A DNA stretch of 64,000 bases from an uncultured Acidobacteriota bacterium (GTDB lineage: Bacteria; Acidobacteriota; Vicinamibacteria; Vicinamibacterales; CAVVIG01), in contig CAWBJQ010000012.1 in the NCBI GenBank assembly GCA_963789075.1, positions 23,306 to 87,305 of the forward strand, written 5' to 3'. How positions within the stretch are numbered: position 1 is the first letter of the stretch; every line of letters begins with the position of its first letter. Under the pieces are notes generated by a model. That model was not told where the DNA came from and made no database searches. It saw nothing but the letters and a program-made list of their open reading frames with translations. The translations under genes were made by a program, and so were the position numbers. Of this stretch, positions 10,004-20,261 are shown piece after piece.

Positions 10004-10044
10004 TGGTGAAATCCCGGCTCAGTATACGTGAAAGGAGGCATCCC

Positions 10045-10671
10045 TTGCCGAGAATGGAAATCGTCGCTGCCCTCGTCACGACGTCCAACGCAGAGCTCGC
10101 GGAGCACGCTGAGAGATACCGTCCTTCTGCGGTTTCTGTGGTTTCTGCGTTGGTCGTCGCGTCTCTGTTCGCGATCTTCGGCCTCGCCGCCGCCGTGGAG
10201 GGGTCCGCGGAACAGCGCGCCAGCCCGCACGAGACCGTGAGCGAAACGGTCGGCCGTGCGGCGATTTCGATCATCTACGGGCGGCCGTACATGCGCGGCC
10301 GAGCCATCTTCGGAGCGCTCGTACCTTACGGGCGGGTGTGGTGTCCGGGCGCCGACGAGGCGACAGTGCTCGAGAGCGACCGCGATCTGAGGTTCGGCAC
10401 GTTGACGGTGCCGGCCGGCCCGCACACGATCTGGATGCTGCCGACGGAGGATGCGTGGACGCTCATCGTCAGCACGCAGGCGAGCGGGTTTCACACGCGG
10501 TATCCGTCCTCGTCGGATCTCGGACGCATCGAGCTACAGAAGCGCACGCTGCCCGCGCCGATCGAGCAGTTGACGTTTGTGATCCGCGCGACTCCCACGG
10601 GCAGCGGCGGCACGCTGGCGATGCAGTGGGCGACGACCGAAGTGTCGGCGCCATTCACCGTAGTACAATGA
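10045..10671 (+). CDS. DUF2911 family secreted protein
   Basis: ISIIYGRPYMRGRAIFGALVPYGRVWCPGADEATVLESDRDLRFGTLTVPAGPHTIWMLPTEDAWTLIV. A TTG start 6 nt after an aaaggagg Shine-Dalgarno is inferred; an ATG lies at 10054. Confidence 0.6.
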   Translation: MPRMEIVAALVTTSNAELAEHAERYRPSAVSVVSALVVASLFAIFGLAAAVEGSAEQRASPHETVSETVGRAAISIIYGRPYMRGRAIFGALVPYGRVWCPGADEATVLESDRDLRFGTLTVPAGPHTIWMLPTEDAWTLIVSTQASGFHTRYPSSSDLGRIELQKRTLPAPIEQLTFVIRATPTGSGGTLAMQWATTEVSAPFTVVQ

Positions 10672-10685
10672 CCGCTTCCGCCGCC

Positions 10686-10760
10686 AGGCGCCTGTAGCTC
10701 AGTGGTAGAGCATCCGACTTTTAATCGGATGGTCGTTGGTTCAATTCCAACCAGGCGCAC
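10686..10760 (+). tRNA. tRNA-Lys (anticodon UUU), CCA encoded
   Basis: GCGCCTG-TA-GCTCAGTGGTAGAGC-A-TCCGA-CTTTTAA-TCGGA-TGGTC-GTTGG-TTCAATT-CCAAC-CAGGCGC-A-CCA folds by hand into a cloverleaf with a 7-bp acceptor stem. Confidence 0.85.
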
Positions 10761-10828
10761 CACTTTTCGCGGGTATTTTCCGGTCACATGGGTGACAGTT
10801 GTTCGCACGCGCTTGGCCACAGCCGGTG

Positions 10829-11515
10829 TTATCTCTCTGAGATACGGAACACCTCAGCGGTCAACGCGTCGTCGGCACGGAACTCTCGCCAGGGAACGGA
10901 CTGTCGCCGAAGCTGCGCGACGACGTCGTGGTTTTCAAACGTCGCGTGATTGTCCTGGACGATGACCCACGATGGCTGCCGCCCGTACGGGATGCCTTGG
11001 CCTGACAACGACCGAACCTGAAGATCCGTTCGGCCGGCGGCTTTCAGGTAATAGGCCACCACGCCGGGCGCGTCGCTGACGACAAACGCGGGCGGACCCG
11101 TCGTCCGAGCGATTGCCTCGACGGCTTCGCGGACGCCGTAGTCGTAGGCTTCCTCGGGGAACGTCTTGCCGGCGGCGGCGACCCGCTCGCCGACGCCGTT
11201 CCGAAACAGCGAATAGAACGGAGACGCGGCCTGCAGGCCCGCCGCGAGCTTCATGAGCATCGGATGTTCGGCATTCGCCCCGAAATGGCCGTGCCGATAC
11301 TGTTCGATGGCTCGAACTTTGTTGACCTCGTCTTCGCTGAACCCATACGTCGACAATGCGACGGCGCGGTAGCCGAACGCGAGGCTGGTCACGACCGCCA
11401 GCACGACAACGCGGACGGTAGTGCGCGAGATCGCGAACCGCTCGAGCGCGAGCAGCGGCCAGGTCGTTGGTTGCGCCGACGATGAGGCGGCAGTCGCCAT
11501 GACTGGAACCGGCAA
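10829..11515 (-). CDS. Membrane-anchored hypothetical protein (one TM plus a roughly 200-aa soluble domain); resembles the C-terminal periplasmic region of PMT/ArnT-type glycosyltransferases
   Basis: The 228-aa ORF has TM VRVVVLAVVTSLAFGY, then ..FSEDEVNKVRAIEQYRHGHF... It ends 69 bp from the tRNA. Confidence 0.45.
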   Translation of the reverse strand: MPVPVMATAASSSAQPTTWPLLALERFAISRTTVRVVVLAVVTSLAFGYRAVALSTYGFSEDEVNKVRAIEQYRHGHFGANAEHPMLMKLAAGLQAASPFYSLFRNGVGERVAAAGKTFPEEAYDYGVREAVEAIARTTGPPAFVVSDAPGVVAYYLKAAGRTDLQVRSLSGQGIPYGRQPSWVIVQDNHATFENHDVVAQLRRQSVPWREFRADDALTAEVFRISER

Positions 11516-11811
11516 TACAAGGTCGACGGCAGACAGCTCAGGACCACCGAGCTGATCGCGTAGAATCCTCCGTCGTCAACCACTTAGGTGCAGCGATCTG
11601 CTGGTGGGCGCCGGCCAAACCGGGCTGGTCGCACTGCGCGGGGACACGCAGGGTGCACGCCCGTGCGCAGTCGATGCGTGGAGCGCGATGGGTCGACCGG
11701 CGCGGCCGGGCCGAAGAGCCTTTAATGCCTTACGCAGTAAGATGGAAGTATGGTCCGGCTTCGCGCTTGGCTGCAGACGGATACGAGACTGTGGAACATA
11801 CCAGTTCGACG

Positions 11812-12679
11812 ATGAACCGCAAGAGCGCCACTCGGCTCCTGACGACGCTTCTCCTCCTCGTCATCTCCGCACTATGGAACGTCACCGCCCAGGAGATCGC
11901 GCTTCCGTCGGCACCAAACTCGGTGAAGTTCGCCGCGATCGGCGATGCGGGGACTGGGGACCGGCCGCAGTATGAGATCGCTGACGTGATGACGCGGCTG
12001 CATACGACGTTCCCGTTCGACCGCGTGATCATGCTGGGCGACAATATCTACGGCGGCCAGGGCGCGTCGGACCTCGTCAAGAAGTTCTCGCAGCCGTACA
12101 AAGCGCTGCTCGACGCGGGCGTCAAGTTCTACGCCTCCATGGGCAACCACGACGACCCCAAGAACGTGCGATACCCGCTGTGGAACATGGGCGGCGAGCG
12201 GTATTACACCTACGCCACGAAGAACGTTCGATTCTTTGCGCTCGACAGCAACAAAGTCGATCAGAAGGAACTGGCCTGGCTCGAGAACGCCCTGAAGAAC
12301 GCGAAGGAAGATTGGAAGATCTGTTATTTCCATCATCCGCTCTATTCGGATGGCGGCACGCACGGCTCCTCGGTTGACGTCCGCGTGCTGTTCGAGCCGC
12401 TGTTTCTCACATATGGCGTCAACGTCGTCTTTGCGGGCCACGACCACATTTACGAACGCCTCACCCCGCAAAAGGGCATTTACTACTTCGTCGAAGGAGC
12501 CGGCGGTCAGTTGCGAAAGGGCGACACGCGCCGCTTCGGCCATGACGGCCAAGGCCTTCGATCAGGATCAGAGCTTCATGCTCGTGGAGATCGACGGAGA
12601 CGTGCTCTCCTTCCAGGTCATCTCGCGCGCCGGCGCGACCGTCGACTCCGGCACCATTCAGCGCCAGGTGCACCGATGA
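11812..12679 (+). CDS. Calcineurin-like metallophosphoesterase (purple-acid-phosphatase-like), signal peptide; one frameshift near 12530
   Basis: MNRKSATRLLTTLLLLVISA..FAAIGDAGTG..VIMLGDNIY..ASMGNHDD..FHHPLYSDGGTHGS..VNVVFAGHDHIYER, then shifts to FMLVEIDGDVLSFQVIS. Confidence 0.75.
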
Positions 12680-13843
12680 GCCTCCACAAGCGGGTCGCCG
12701 TCCGCATCTCCGGCTTCGTGCTCGACTATCTGCTGGCGCTGCCCCTCGGCTGCGCGGCGGCGCTGGTGTGGGCGAACACGCTTCCCGAGAGCTACTATCG
12801 CTTCGCGCACGCGACCGCGTTCGCCGTGAACGACGTCGGCATGGTGTTCTTCTTTGCGCTGATTACCAAGGAAGTGGCGGAGGCCACGATCCCGGGCGGG
12901 GCGCTGCATCCGTGGCGCCGCGCCGCGCTGCCCGTCGCCGCCGCTGTCGGCAGCGTGGCCGTGTCGATCGCGTGCTATCTCGGGTTCGTCCACCAGGCCG
13001 GCGAATACATGCTCGAGAGCGGGTGGGTCGCGGCCTGCGCCATCGACATTCCGGGGAGCTACATCATCGCCCGGATGATCTTTGGGCGTCATCCCGCCGT
13101 GCCATTCCTGCTCCTGCTCGCGATTTCTGCCGACGCGATCGGCCTGGCGTGCGTCGCCGTTCTTCAACCCGTGAGTGACGCGCATCCCGCGATCGGCATC
13201 GGCCTCATGGCGGTCGCCGTCGGCATGGCTGCCGCCTTGCGGTACGGCGGCGTCAAGAATTTCTGGCTGTATCTGCTCGGGCCTGGCCTGTTGTCCTGGT
13301 GGGCCCTGTTTCTGGGCGGCGTTCACCCCGCGCTCGCGCTGGTGCCGATCGTGCCGTTCTTCCCGCACGGGAGACGCGATCGCGGGTCTGTTCGAGGATC
13401 CGGCGCCGCAGGCGCACGACACGCTGACGCTGTTCGAGCGTTGGTGGCGCCTTCCCGTGGAAGGCGTGCTCCTGCTGTTCGGGCTCGTCAATGCCGGCGT
13501 CCCGCTTCACGGGCTCGAGGCCGGCATGTGGGCCATTCCGATCGCCGCGATCGGACGGCCGATCGGCATCGTCGCGGCCGCCGGAGTGGCGCTCGCCGCG
13601 GGACTGCATCTGCCGCATCGCGTCGGCTGGCGGGAGCTCGTCGTGATTGGATGCACGGCGTCGATTGGACTCGTCTTCGCCTTGTTTTTCGCGGCGGCCG
13701 TGATGCCGCCGGGGCCCGTCCTGCTCGAGATGAGGATGGGCGCGCTCGTCACCATCTTCGGCGGCGTGCTGGCGTTCGCGGCGGCCCGATTGCTCCGAGT
13801 CGGGCGATTCGCTCACCGAAGCGGTGACGTCACAACGCGTTGA
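12676..13843 (+). CDS. nhaA: Na+/H+ antiporter NhaA family; one frameshift near 13370
   Basis: FAVNDVGMVFFFALITKEVAEA..GWVAACAIDIPGSYIIARMIFG..ISADAIGLACVAV, then shifts to HDTLTLFERWWRLPVEGVLLLFGLVNAGVPL. The ATG overlaps the upstream TGA as ATGA. Confidence 0.75.
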
Positions 13844-14831
13844 GCTCCGCGATTCTCCTCCGAACCACGTTCGTGTACACCTCGGTGTCCTCGGAGGCAT
13901 AGCCTGCGGCGCGGAAGCAGTCGCGGATCTGTTCCTGGGAGAGCATCGACAGTCTGCGCCCCAGCCATCTCGCATCGGCACGCGGGACGTGTTTGGTGAT
14001 CTGTTCCATCCGGGTGCGCGTCCGATAATTCGACACGTTGATCGCCGACAGGATGAACGGGCGGCTGTGCAGCACGAAATCAACGAAGCGAGGCGTCCGT
14101 CTCTCGATGAATTTCGAGTCCGCATAGTCCTCGGGATCGCCCTTCGACCGGGTGAGACTGTTGCCCGTGTTGCCGAACGTGGCGCCCACATCGGTTACGA
14201 CGTAACGGCGCTCCCCGCCTATTTCATCGATTGAGTTGTTGATCGTTTTCAGGTCCCAGTTGTTCAGCAACGACATCATCACCCGCAAGCCATTCAGCTC
14301 CCGCTTGTTGAGGAATGGATTGTGGAACCAGTCCCACGTGCCGAGCTTCTTCTCGTCCTTCACCTTGCGCTCCAGGCGCGCGCCACGGACCACCCCGCCC
14401 GGTGAGACAAACTCCTCGCCGCGGTGCAACGTCGGGAGATCCTTCACGGTGAGCTCCGCCACGTAAGAATCTTCATCAACGAAGTAGCCCGCTGCCCACA
14501 ACAGGCGTGTCGCCGCCGTTTCCGACTGAGCCTCCTCGCCGAGCTTCACCTTCCACTTGACGCCCTGCCCGTCTTTGACCTCGAACTTCGCGCTGGTCCC
14601 TTCGGCGTCTTCCTTGACGAAGGTAAATGTGCCGTCGGGGCGCGGTCGGTGACCTTTGCCCGCCGCGCCGTCGAGCAGATTCAGGGCGGCCACGTTACCG
14701 GGATCCCTCCAGATCACGCGCGGCAGCGATTTCTTCTCCGCGGTCAACGATGTCGGCAGCGCCACGAGCATCAGCGCCAGGAGGGCCGCGTACGACTTAC
14801 TCTTCGTTCGGTGCATGGCTTCAGGCCTCAT
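13830..14831 (-). CDS. Secreted hypothetical protein, intact
   Basis: The 333-aa ORF has signal peptide SYAALLALMLVALPTSLTA. I recognise no family. Confidence 0.5.
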   Translation of the reverse strand: MRPEAMHRTKSKSYAALLALMLVALPTSLTAEKKSLPRVIWRDPGNVAALNLLDGAAGKGHRPRPDGTFTFVKEDAEGTSAKFEVKDGQGVKWKVKLGEEAQSETAATRLLWAAGYFVDEDSYVAELTVKDLPTLHRGEEFVSPGGVVRGARLERKVKDEKKLGTWDWFHNPFLNKRELNGLRVMMSLLNNWDLKTINNSIDEIGGERRYVVTDVGATFGNTGNSLTRSKGDPEDYADSKFIERRTPRFVDFVLHSRPFILSAINVSNYRTRTRMEQITKHVPRADARWLGRRLSMLSQEQIRDCFRAAGYASEDTEVYTNVVRRRIAELNAL

Positions 14832-15259
14832 CTCGCCGGCTTCTTTATCTCGAGCTTGTCGACGACGCGCGTCACCCCGTCGGTGTCTTTGGCCAACCGA
14901 AGAGCGCGATCGCGCTCTTCGCTCGAGTCGACGATGCCCGTTAACGTCACGACGGATCCCGTCGTCTCGACGCTGATCGAACGGGCTTTGACGTGATCGT
15001 CAAGAGCCATCTTTGACTTGATCTTCGCCGTCAGGGCGCCCGTACTCAGTGTGCCCTCGATCTGCGTCACCGCTTCACGCCCCTTTGCGGCGGCCTCATT
15101 CGCAAGGCCGGCTCCGCGTTGCCCGGCGGTCGCGACGTCAACGCCGGCGGAGCTCGCCGGTGCGTGGAGCGTCCACCCATTGCCGGACCAGTGGTTGTAC
15201 GCGAGGACGCCGGCGAAGGCGACGACTGCGATGAGCAAGACCGTTCGAATGAAATGCAT
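14828..15259 (-). CDS. BON-domain (OsmY-like) periplasmic protein
   Basis: MHFIRTVLLIAVVAFAGVLA...DHVKARSISVETTGSVVTLTGIVDSSEERDRALRLAKDTDGVTRVVDKLEI. Confidence 0.65.
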   Translation of the reverse strand: MHFIRTVLLIAVVAFAGVLAYNHWSGNGWTLHAPASSAGVDVATAGQRGAGLANEAAAKGREAVTQIEGTLSTGALTAKIKSKMALDDHVKARSISVETTGSVVTLTGIVDSSEERDRALRLAKDTDGVTRVVDKLEIKKPAR

Positions 15260-15592
15260 GGTATTCACTCCTCGATGATCATCACGTGCTTGATCACCAA
15301 CATCTACAGACGCGACCAGAACAGAACGACAGCACAGATTTGAGAGTGACATCTTTGCATCGACTCGTCTGTTCTCTATTGCACGCGTCGGGCCAGCTGC
15401 CGACAGGAAGGCAACCTCTGCTATGGCTCGCCCGCGATAGCGATCACACTCGACTCGCCGGCGGCGTATGAACGCGGTGTGCTCTTCAGGACATCGAAGA
15501 TAGTCAGCTTCCTTCAAGATGTTGCCTGTCGGTAGCGCGTCGGTTCGCCGTACATTCCGTACGGCTTACGCTCGAACCAAAGGAACATCTTC

Positions 15593-16157
15593 ATGAAGAG
15601 TAATCCGGTGACCGCACTGGCCATCTTGACCGTCGGGAGTCTCGGTCTCGTCTTCGTCGGGTCAGCCGACGCACAAAGTCGCAGTCGAGACGACGACGAC
15701 GACGACCGTTCGCTCGGTCCAACAGCGCTATGGCATTCAGGGCGCGTACGACGGCACCAGCTTGCACCCCGATGGTCGTCGAAGCACGGCGGTGCCCGTG
15801 ACGATGGATGATGGGCGTACCGGAGAGTTCATCATCCCATCTGGCAAGAGCGACCCGAACGCTGTGTACTATCGCGACGACCAGGGCGGGGAGCTGCGTC
15901 CCGTGCGAATGGACAGTCACGCCACTCGTCAGGACTTCGTGCAGGCCCCGCGCGCGGTGAGGTATCAACCGGAGCCTCAGCCCAAGAACAAGCAGTCGTG
16001 GGGCTGGGCGCAGGACGCGCTGGTTGTGGGTGGCAGCGCAGGAGGCGGCGCACTCATTGGTGCGGCGGCCGGCGGTAAAAAGGGCGCCGGCGTCGGCGCG
16101 GCCGTTGGCGGCGTCGGCGGGTTGATTTTTGACCTGTTGTCGCGGAACAAGAAATAG
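15593..16157 (+). CDS. Small secreted glycine-zipper protein with a poly-Asp stretch; one frameshift
   Basis: MKSNPVTALAILTVGSLGLVFVGSADA..DDDDDD, then shifts to ..GGSAGGGALIGAAAGGKKGAGVGAAVGGVGGLIFDLLSRNKK. Confidence 0.55.
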
Positions 16158-16166
16158 GAGATGACC

Positions 16167-16205
16167 GGCGATCATGACCTGGCTTTCCGCCGGGTCATGA
16201 TCGCG
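16167..16205 (+). terminator. Terminator-like hairpin after the glycine-zipper gene
   Basis: ggcgatcatgacc and ggtcatgatcgcg form a 12 of 13 bp stem that extends over acctggc / gccgggt. Confidence 0.4.
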
Positions 16206-16220
16206 CCGCTTTCACGAACG

Positions 16221-16265
16221 AGGGGACATTTCTATCGAGTTAACACAGGGGACATTTCTAACGAG
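16221..16265. promoter_or_regulatory. Two 19-bp direct repeats upstream of a TonB-dependent receptor, followed by an AT-rich stretch with TTGACA hexamers
   Basis: aggggacatttctatcgag and aggggacatttctaacgag start 26 bp apart. ttgaca lies at 16268 and ttgacataaaag at 16290. Confidence 0.45.
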
Positions 16266-16386
16266 CTTTGACAACAATATGGGGCGCACTTGACATAAAA
16301 GTTTCGTATGTGCTAAGGCGCACTTCAGGCATTCCACGCGGCAGTCGACCGCTGCCCCTCGTCGAAATGTCTGAAGAGAGGTTGCG

Positions 16387-19155
16387 ATGACTCACTTCAG
16401 CCCTCGAATGTGTGTTGTCCTCATCTCGACGCTCGCCGTGCTCCTCCCCTCTCCCGCGCTGGCGCAAACGCAAACCGGCACCATCACCGGCGTCGCCACT
16501 GACGAGCAGGCTGCCGTGCTGCCGGGTGTCAATGTGACACTCGAGAGTCCGGCCATCATCCGGTCGCAAACCACGGTGACGAACGAACGCGGCGTCTACA
16601 GCTTCATCGCGTTGCCGCCGGGCGTGTACAACTTGAAGTTCAATCTTCAAGGGTTCGGATCCGTCGAGCGCCACGATATCCGGGTCAACGTCGCCGTCGT
16701 CAGCACGGTCGATCAGGTTATGAAGCTGGCCGCCGTCAGCGAGACCATTCAGGTGATGGGCGAATCGCCGGCGGTCGACGTCAAGAGCACGAGCAAAGGC
16801 ACGAACTTCGACAGCTCGCTGCTCACCTCGATCCCTCAGGCGCGCGAAATCTGGTCCACCGTCGAGCAGGTCCCTGGATCGACCGAGAGCGGCTTCAACG
16901 TGGGGGGCGCGGGCAGCGCGCAACAGAGCGGGATGGCCGTGCACGGGTCGGCGGCCGGCCAGCAGGAGTACGCCGTGAACGGCCTCAAGCTGAACTGGCC
17001 CGGCGGCAACGGCGGGGCCACGGCGTTCTATTTCGACCAGGACAGCTTCGCCGAGATCAACGTGATGACCAACGGCGCGCCGGCAGAGGTCGGCACGGGC
17101 GGTGTCTACATGAATACCGTCACCAAGTCGGGCGGCAACGAATTCAGGGGCGGGACCAGCGCTTACTGGGAGGACTCGTCGTTCCAAGGCGACAACGTCT
17201 CGGAGGAGTTGCGCGCACAGGGCGTCACGAAAGGAAACCCGATCAACTACATCTACGACGTCAACGGCAACGTCGGTGGACCGCTCAAACGCGACAAAGC
17301 CTGGTTCTTCTCCTCGTTCCGGCGGTTCGACATCAGCACGCAGGTGTTGGGCATTACGCGTCCGGATGGCTCGCCCGCGCCCGACCTGAACCATCAGTCC
17401 AACTTCGTCGGCAAGGTGACGATGCAGCTGAACGACAAGAACAAGATCAGCGGCGAGTTCAACTTCAACTACCAGAACCGCTTTTTCCGCCGCCCAACGA
17501 CCGACCTGGTCGAGGAAAAGGCATCGTGGCGCCAGATCGAACCGGCCTACATCGCACAGGGTCAGTGGACGTCTCTCCTGACGCCGAAGCTGTTCCTCGA
17601 CGCGCGCTACGGATTTCTCCACCTGATCTTTCCGCTGCACTACCAGCCAGAGGTCGGAGCCAACGACTTCGCGCGGCAGGACATCTTCCGCCACACGCTC
17701 ACTGACGCCGCAACGTACGACTACGAAAACCTGGCGACGCGTCACCAGGCGAACATCTCGGCGTCGTACTTCGTCAATTCCCACACGGTCAAGACCGGCT
17801 TCGAATATGGCCGGGCGTTCAACCAGAACCAGTACGCGGCCAACGGCAACTACGTGCTGCGGTACTTCGACGGCGCGCCGTTGGAAGTCCAGACTTACAA
17901 CACCCCCATCACAGGGAAGAACTACATCGACACCATCGCGCTGTACGCGCAGGACTCGTGGGTGATCAACCGGCGTCTCACCCTCAACGTCGGTGGACGC
18001 TTCGAGCGGCTCGTCGGTTCTGCGCCCCCGCAGTCGCGGCCGACCAACGACTTCTTCCCGGCCCAGACGTTCGGTCAGCTTGACAACGTCCCGAACTGGA
18101 ACAACGGATTGTGGCGGGTGGGCGCCTCCTACGACGTGAACGGCGACGGCAAGACCGCCGTCAAAGCGTTCTACGGCCGGTTCATGGTGCAGGAAGGCAC
18201 GCGACTGGTGCAACAGGTCAATCCCAACGACTTGGGAGGCGACTTCCGGAGCTGGACCGACACCAACGCCGACGGGATCGCGCAGTTGAATGAGCTCGGC
18301 TCGCCGACGCGCCCGTACGGCGGGCGGGTGAACACGATCGATCCGAGCCTCAAACAACCCTACTCGGACGAGATCAATGTGGGCGTGGATCACGAGCTGC
18401 TGCGGAACCTCTCGGCCGGCGTCACGTACTACTACCGGCACAATGGCCGCCGCTTCAGCGGGATCAACGTGGCGGTCCCCCCGAGCGCGTACACGCCGAT
18501 CACCGTCGCCGGGGGCGACGGCCAGCCGGTGACGGTCTACAACCAGGACGTGTCCACTCTCGCTCTGGCGCAAAGAGTCATCACCAATATCGACGGCCTG
18601 GAGGACACCTACCACGGCGTCGAGTTCACCGCGACCAAGCGGATGGCCGACCGGTGGCAGCTGATCGGCGGGTTCACGATCGGCCGCGACAAGGGCGTCT
18701 TCGACAACGGTCTGAACGATGACTTCAACAACCCGAACGCGAACCTCAATCGCCAGAACGGGTACATCGGGATGGACAGCACCTACGTGGCCAAATTGAT
18801 TGGCACGTACGTCTTTCCGCGCGATGTCACGTTCAGCACGAATTTCCGCTATTTCACCGGTCAGCCCGTTCAAAAGCTCAACACGGTCGTAGGTCTGAAT
18901 CAGGGGACCGTGAGCGTGCTGGCCGAGCCGGTCGGCACGACGAGGCTGGACAACGTCGCGTTGTGGGACGCGAGAGCTTCGAAGATCTTCCGGTTCGGCC
19001 AAGGCCGGGAGATCGAGGCGATGGTGGATGTGTTCAATCTCCTGAATCAGGACGCCAAGACGACCATCAACAACAACGTCGGGCCGCTGTTCGGGAGTCC
19101 CATTGCGATCCTCGCGCCGCGGGTCGCACGACTCGGCGTCCGTTTGGCATTCTGA
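16387..19155 (+). CDS. TonB-dependent receptor with carboxypeptidase-regulatory-like N-domain, intact, 922 aa
   Basis: Signal peptide then GTITGVATDEQAAVLPGVNVTLES..NERGVYSFIALPPGVYNLKFNLQGFG, with a beta-barrel-like C-terminus ...RVARLGVRLAF. Confidence 0.85.
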   Translation: MTHFSPRMCVVLISTLAVLLPSPALAQTQTGTITGVATDEQAAVLPGVNVTLESPAIIRSQTTVTNERGVYSFIALPPGVYNLKFNLQGFGSVERHDIRVNVAVVSTVDQVMKLAAVSETIQVMGESPAVDVKSTSKGTNFDSSLLTSIPQAREIWSTVEQVPGSTESGFNVGGAGSAQQSGMAVHGSAAGQQEYAVNGLKLNWPGGNGGATAFYFDQDSFAEINVMTNGAPAEVGTGGVYMNTVTKSGGNEFRGGTSAYWEDSSFQGDNVSEELRAQGVTKGNPINYIYDVNGNVGGPLKRDKAWFFSSFRRFDISTQVLGITRPDGSPAPDLNHQSNFVGKVTMQLNDKNKISGEFNFNYQNRFFRRPTTDLVEEKASWRQIEPAYIAQGQWTSLLTPKLFLDARYGFLHLIFPLHYQPEVGANDFARQDIFRHTLTDAATYDYENLATRHQANISASYFVNSHTVKTGFEYGRAFNQNQYAANGNYVLRYFDGAPLEVQTYNTPITGKNYIDTIALYAQDSWVINRRLTLNVGGRFERLVGSAPPQSRPTNDFFPAQTFGQLDNVPNWNNGLWRVGASYDVNGDGKTAVKAFYGRFMVQEGTRLVQQVNPNDLGGDFRSWTDTNADGIAQLNELGSPTRPYGGRVNTIDPSLKQPYSDEINVGVDHELLRNLSAGVTYYYRHNGRRFSGINVAVPPSAYTPITVAGGDGQPVTVYNQDVSTLALAQRVITNIDGLEDTYHGVEFTATKRMADRWQLIGGFTIGRDKGVFDNGLNDDFNNPNANLNRQNGYIGMDSTYVAKLIGTYVFPRDVTFSTNFRYFTGQPVQKLNTVVGLNQGTVSVLAEPVGTTRLDNVALWDARASKIFRFGQGREIEAMVDVFNLLNQDAKTTINNNVGPLFGSPIAILAPRVARLGVRLAF

Positions 19156-19371
19156 GCAACGGCGGCAACGCCCGAAGCGCCCGTTTCACGAAGATCCGGG
19201 CGCTCTCGGGCGCAATTGGACGCCGCCCATGGCAAGCGGCGCTCGCGGACGTTCCTCGAGCCCACAGCTCGACGTGATACCCTCCTCACAACGGTCCGTT
19301 CGACTCGAGCGGCCGGGCTGAAGCTCTCCCCGAAACATCACAGTCGCAGGACTTTTCATCGTGGATCGCCG

Positions 19372-20094
19372 ATGACTTCACGGATCGGTCTGGCCTTCGT
19401 CCTCGTGTGTTCGACAGCGCTGGCTGCGCAACAGCTGCTGCCGGTCCATGAGACAGGCATCAAGTACATGCGTGATAGCGAGGAGTATGCCGCGCTCACC
19501 CGCCAGACGTATCGTCTCGCCGGCGACGCCGTGACGCGCGCGGCGGCCGGCAAGGCGCCGGCGGCGTGGAGCGTGGTCCTCGACATCGACGAGACGGCCC
19601 TCGACAATTCGACGTATCAACTCGAACGCGCGGCGTATGGACTGCCGTTCGAGAGCGCGTCTTGGAGCGCGTGGATCGCCCGGCGCGGGGCGGCAGCGGT
19701 CCCGGGCTCAGTGACGTTCGTGACGCTCGTGCGTCAAGCCGCCGGTCACGTCGCGTGGATCACGAACCGCGACGCCTCGCTCATGGACGCCACACGCGAC
19801 AATCTGCGCCGGGTCGGTCTCTGGGATGATCGCGACCGCCTCTGTGGCCAGAACACACCGACACACACGAAGGGACAGCGGCGTCATGAGGTCGTCACGG
19901 GCGCGGGCGATTGTTCGTGGCCTGGTGTGCCGATGCGCGTGCTGGCGTTCATCGGCGACCAGCTCGGAGATTTTCCGGACGCGTCGGAACACATTCCGGA
20001 CACAGGGAGCGACGCGGCCTTTGGACGCACGTGTTTTCTGCTCCCGAACTCGATGTACGGCAGCTGGACGACTCAGGTGACACGCATCCCCTGA
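19372..20094 (+). CDS. HAD-superfamily class B acid phosphatase / e(P4)-type 5-nucleotidase lipoprotein family
   Basis: Signal peptide MTSRIGLAFVLVCSTALAAQ, then VVLDIDETALDNSTYQ, ..AFIGDQLGDF. Confidence 0.65.
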   Translation: MTSRIGLAFVLVCSTALAAQQLLPVHETGIKYMRDSEEYAALTRQTYRLAGDAVTRAAAGKAPAAWSVVLDIDETALDNSTYQLERAAYGLPFESASWSAWIARRGAAAVPGSVTFVTLVRQAAGHVAWITNRDASLMDATRDNLRRVGLWDDRDRLCGQNTPTHTKGQRRHEVVTGAGDCSWPGVPMRVLAFIGDQLGDFPDASEHIPDTGSDAAFGRTCFLLPNSMYGSWTTQVTRIP

Positions 20095-20261
20095 TGCGCC
20101 CGATCGCCCTTAGAGCAGGTTGCAAAATTGGCGAGCTGATTTCGCAACGGTGTTTCGAGCCGACAGCAGCTCGAATATGCATCGGGAAGCCGCGAAACCG
20201 TCCTCAGTCGGCATCAGCGACTTAGGCTGTGCGCACATTCTGGAAGGCCATTAGCACACTC

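Noticed and set aside
10491-10820. An ORF antisense to and overlapping the tRNA-Lys gene
   Set aside because: It spans the tRNA on the opposite strand and includes VGIEPTT, the reverse translation of the T-arm. Not a gene.
10761-11650. Possible genomic-island junction at the tRNA-Lys 3-prime end
   Set aside because: I see no integrase, no direct repeat of the tRNA 3-prime end, and no compositional change. The downstream genes (phosphoesterase, NhaA, BON protein, receptor) look chromosomal.
16258-19002. A 914-aa minus-strand ORF antisense to the first TonB receptor gene
   Set aside because: The plus-strand product is an unmistakable receptor with signal peptide. The antisense ORF is a compositional artefact.
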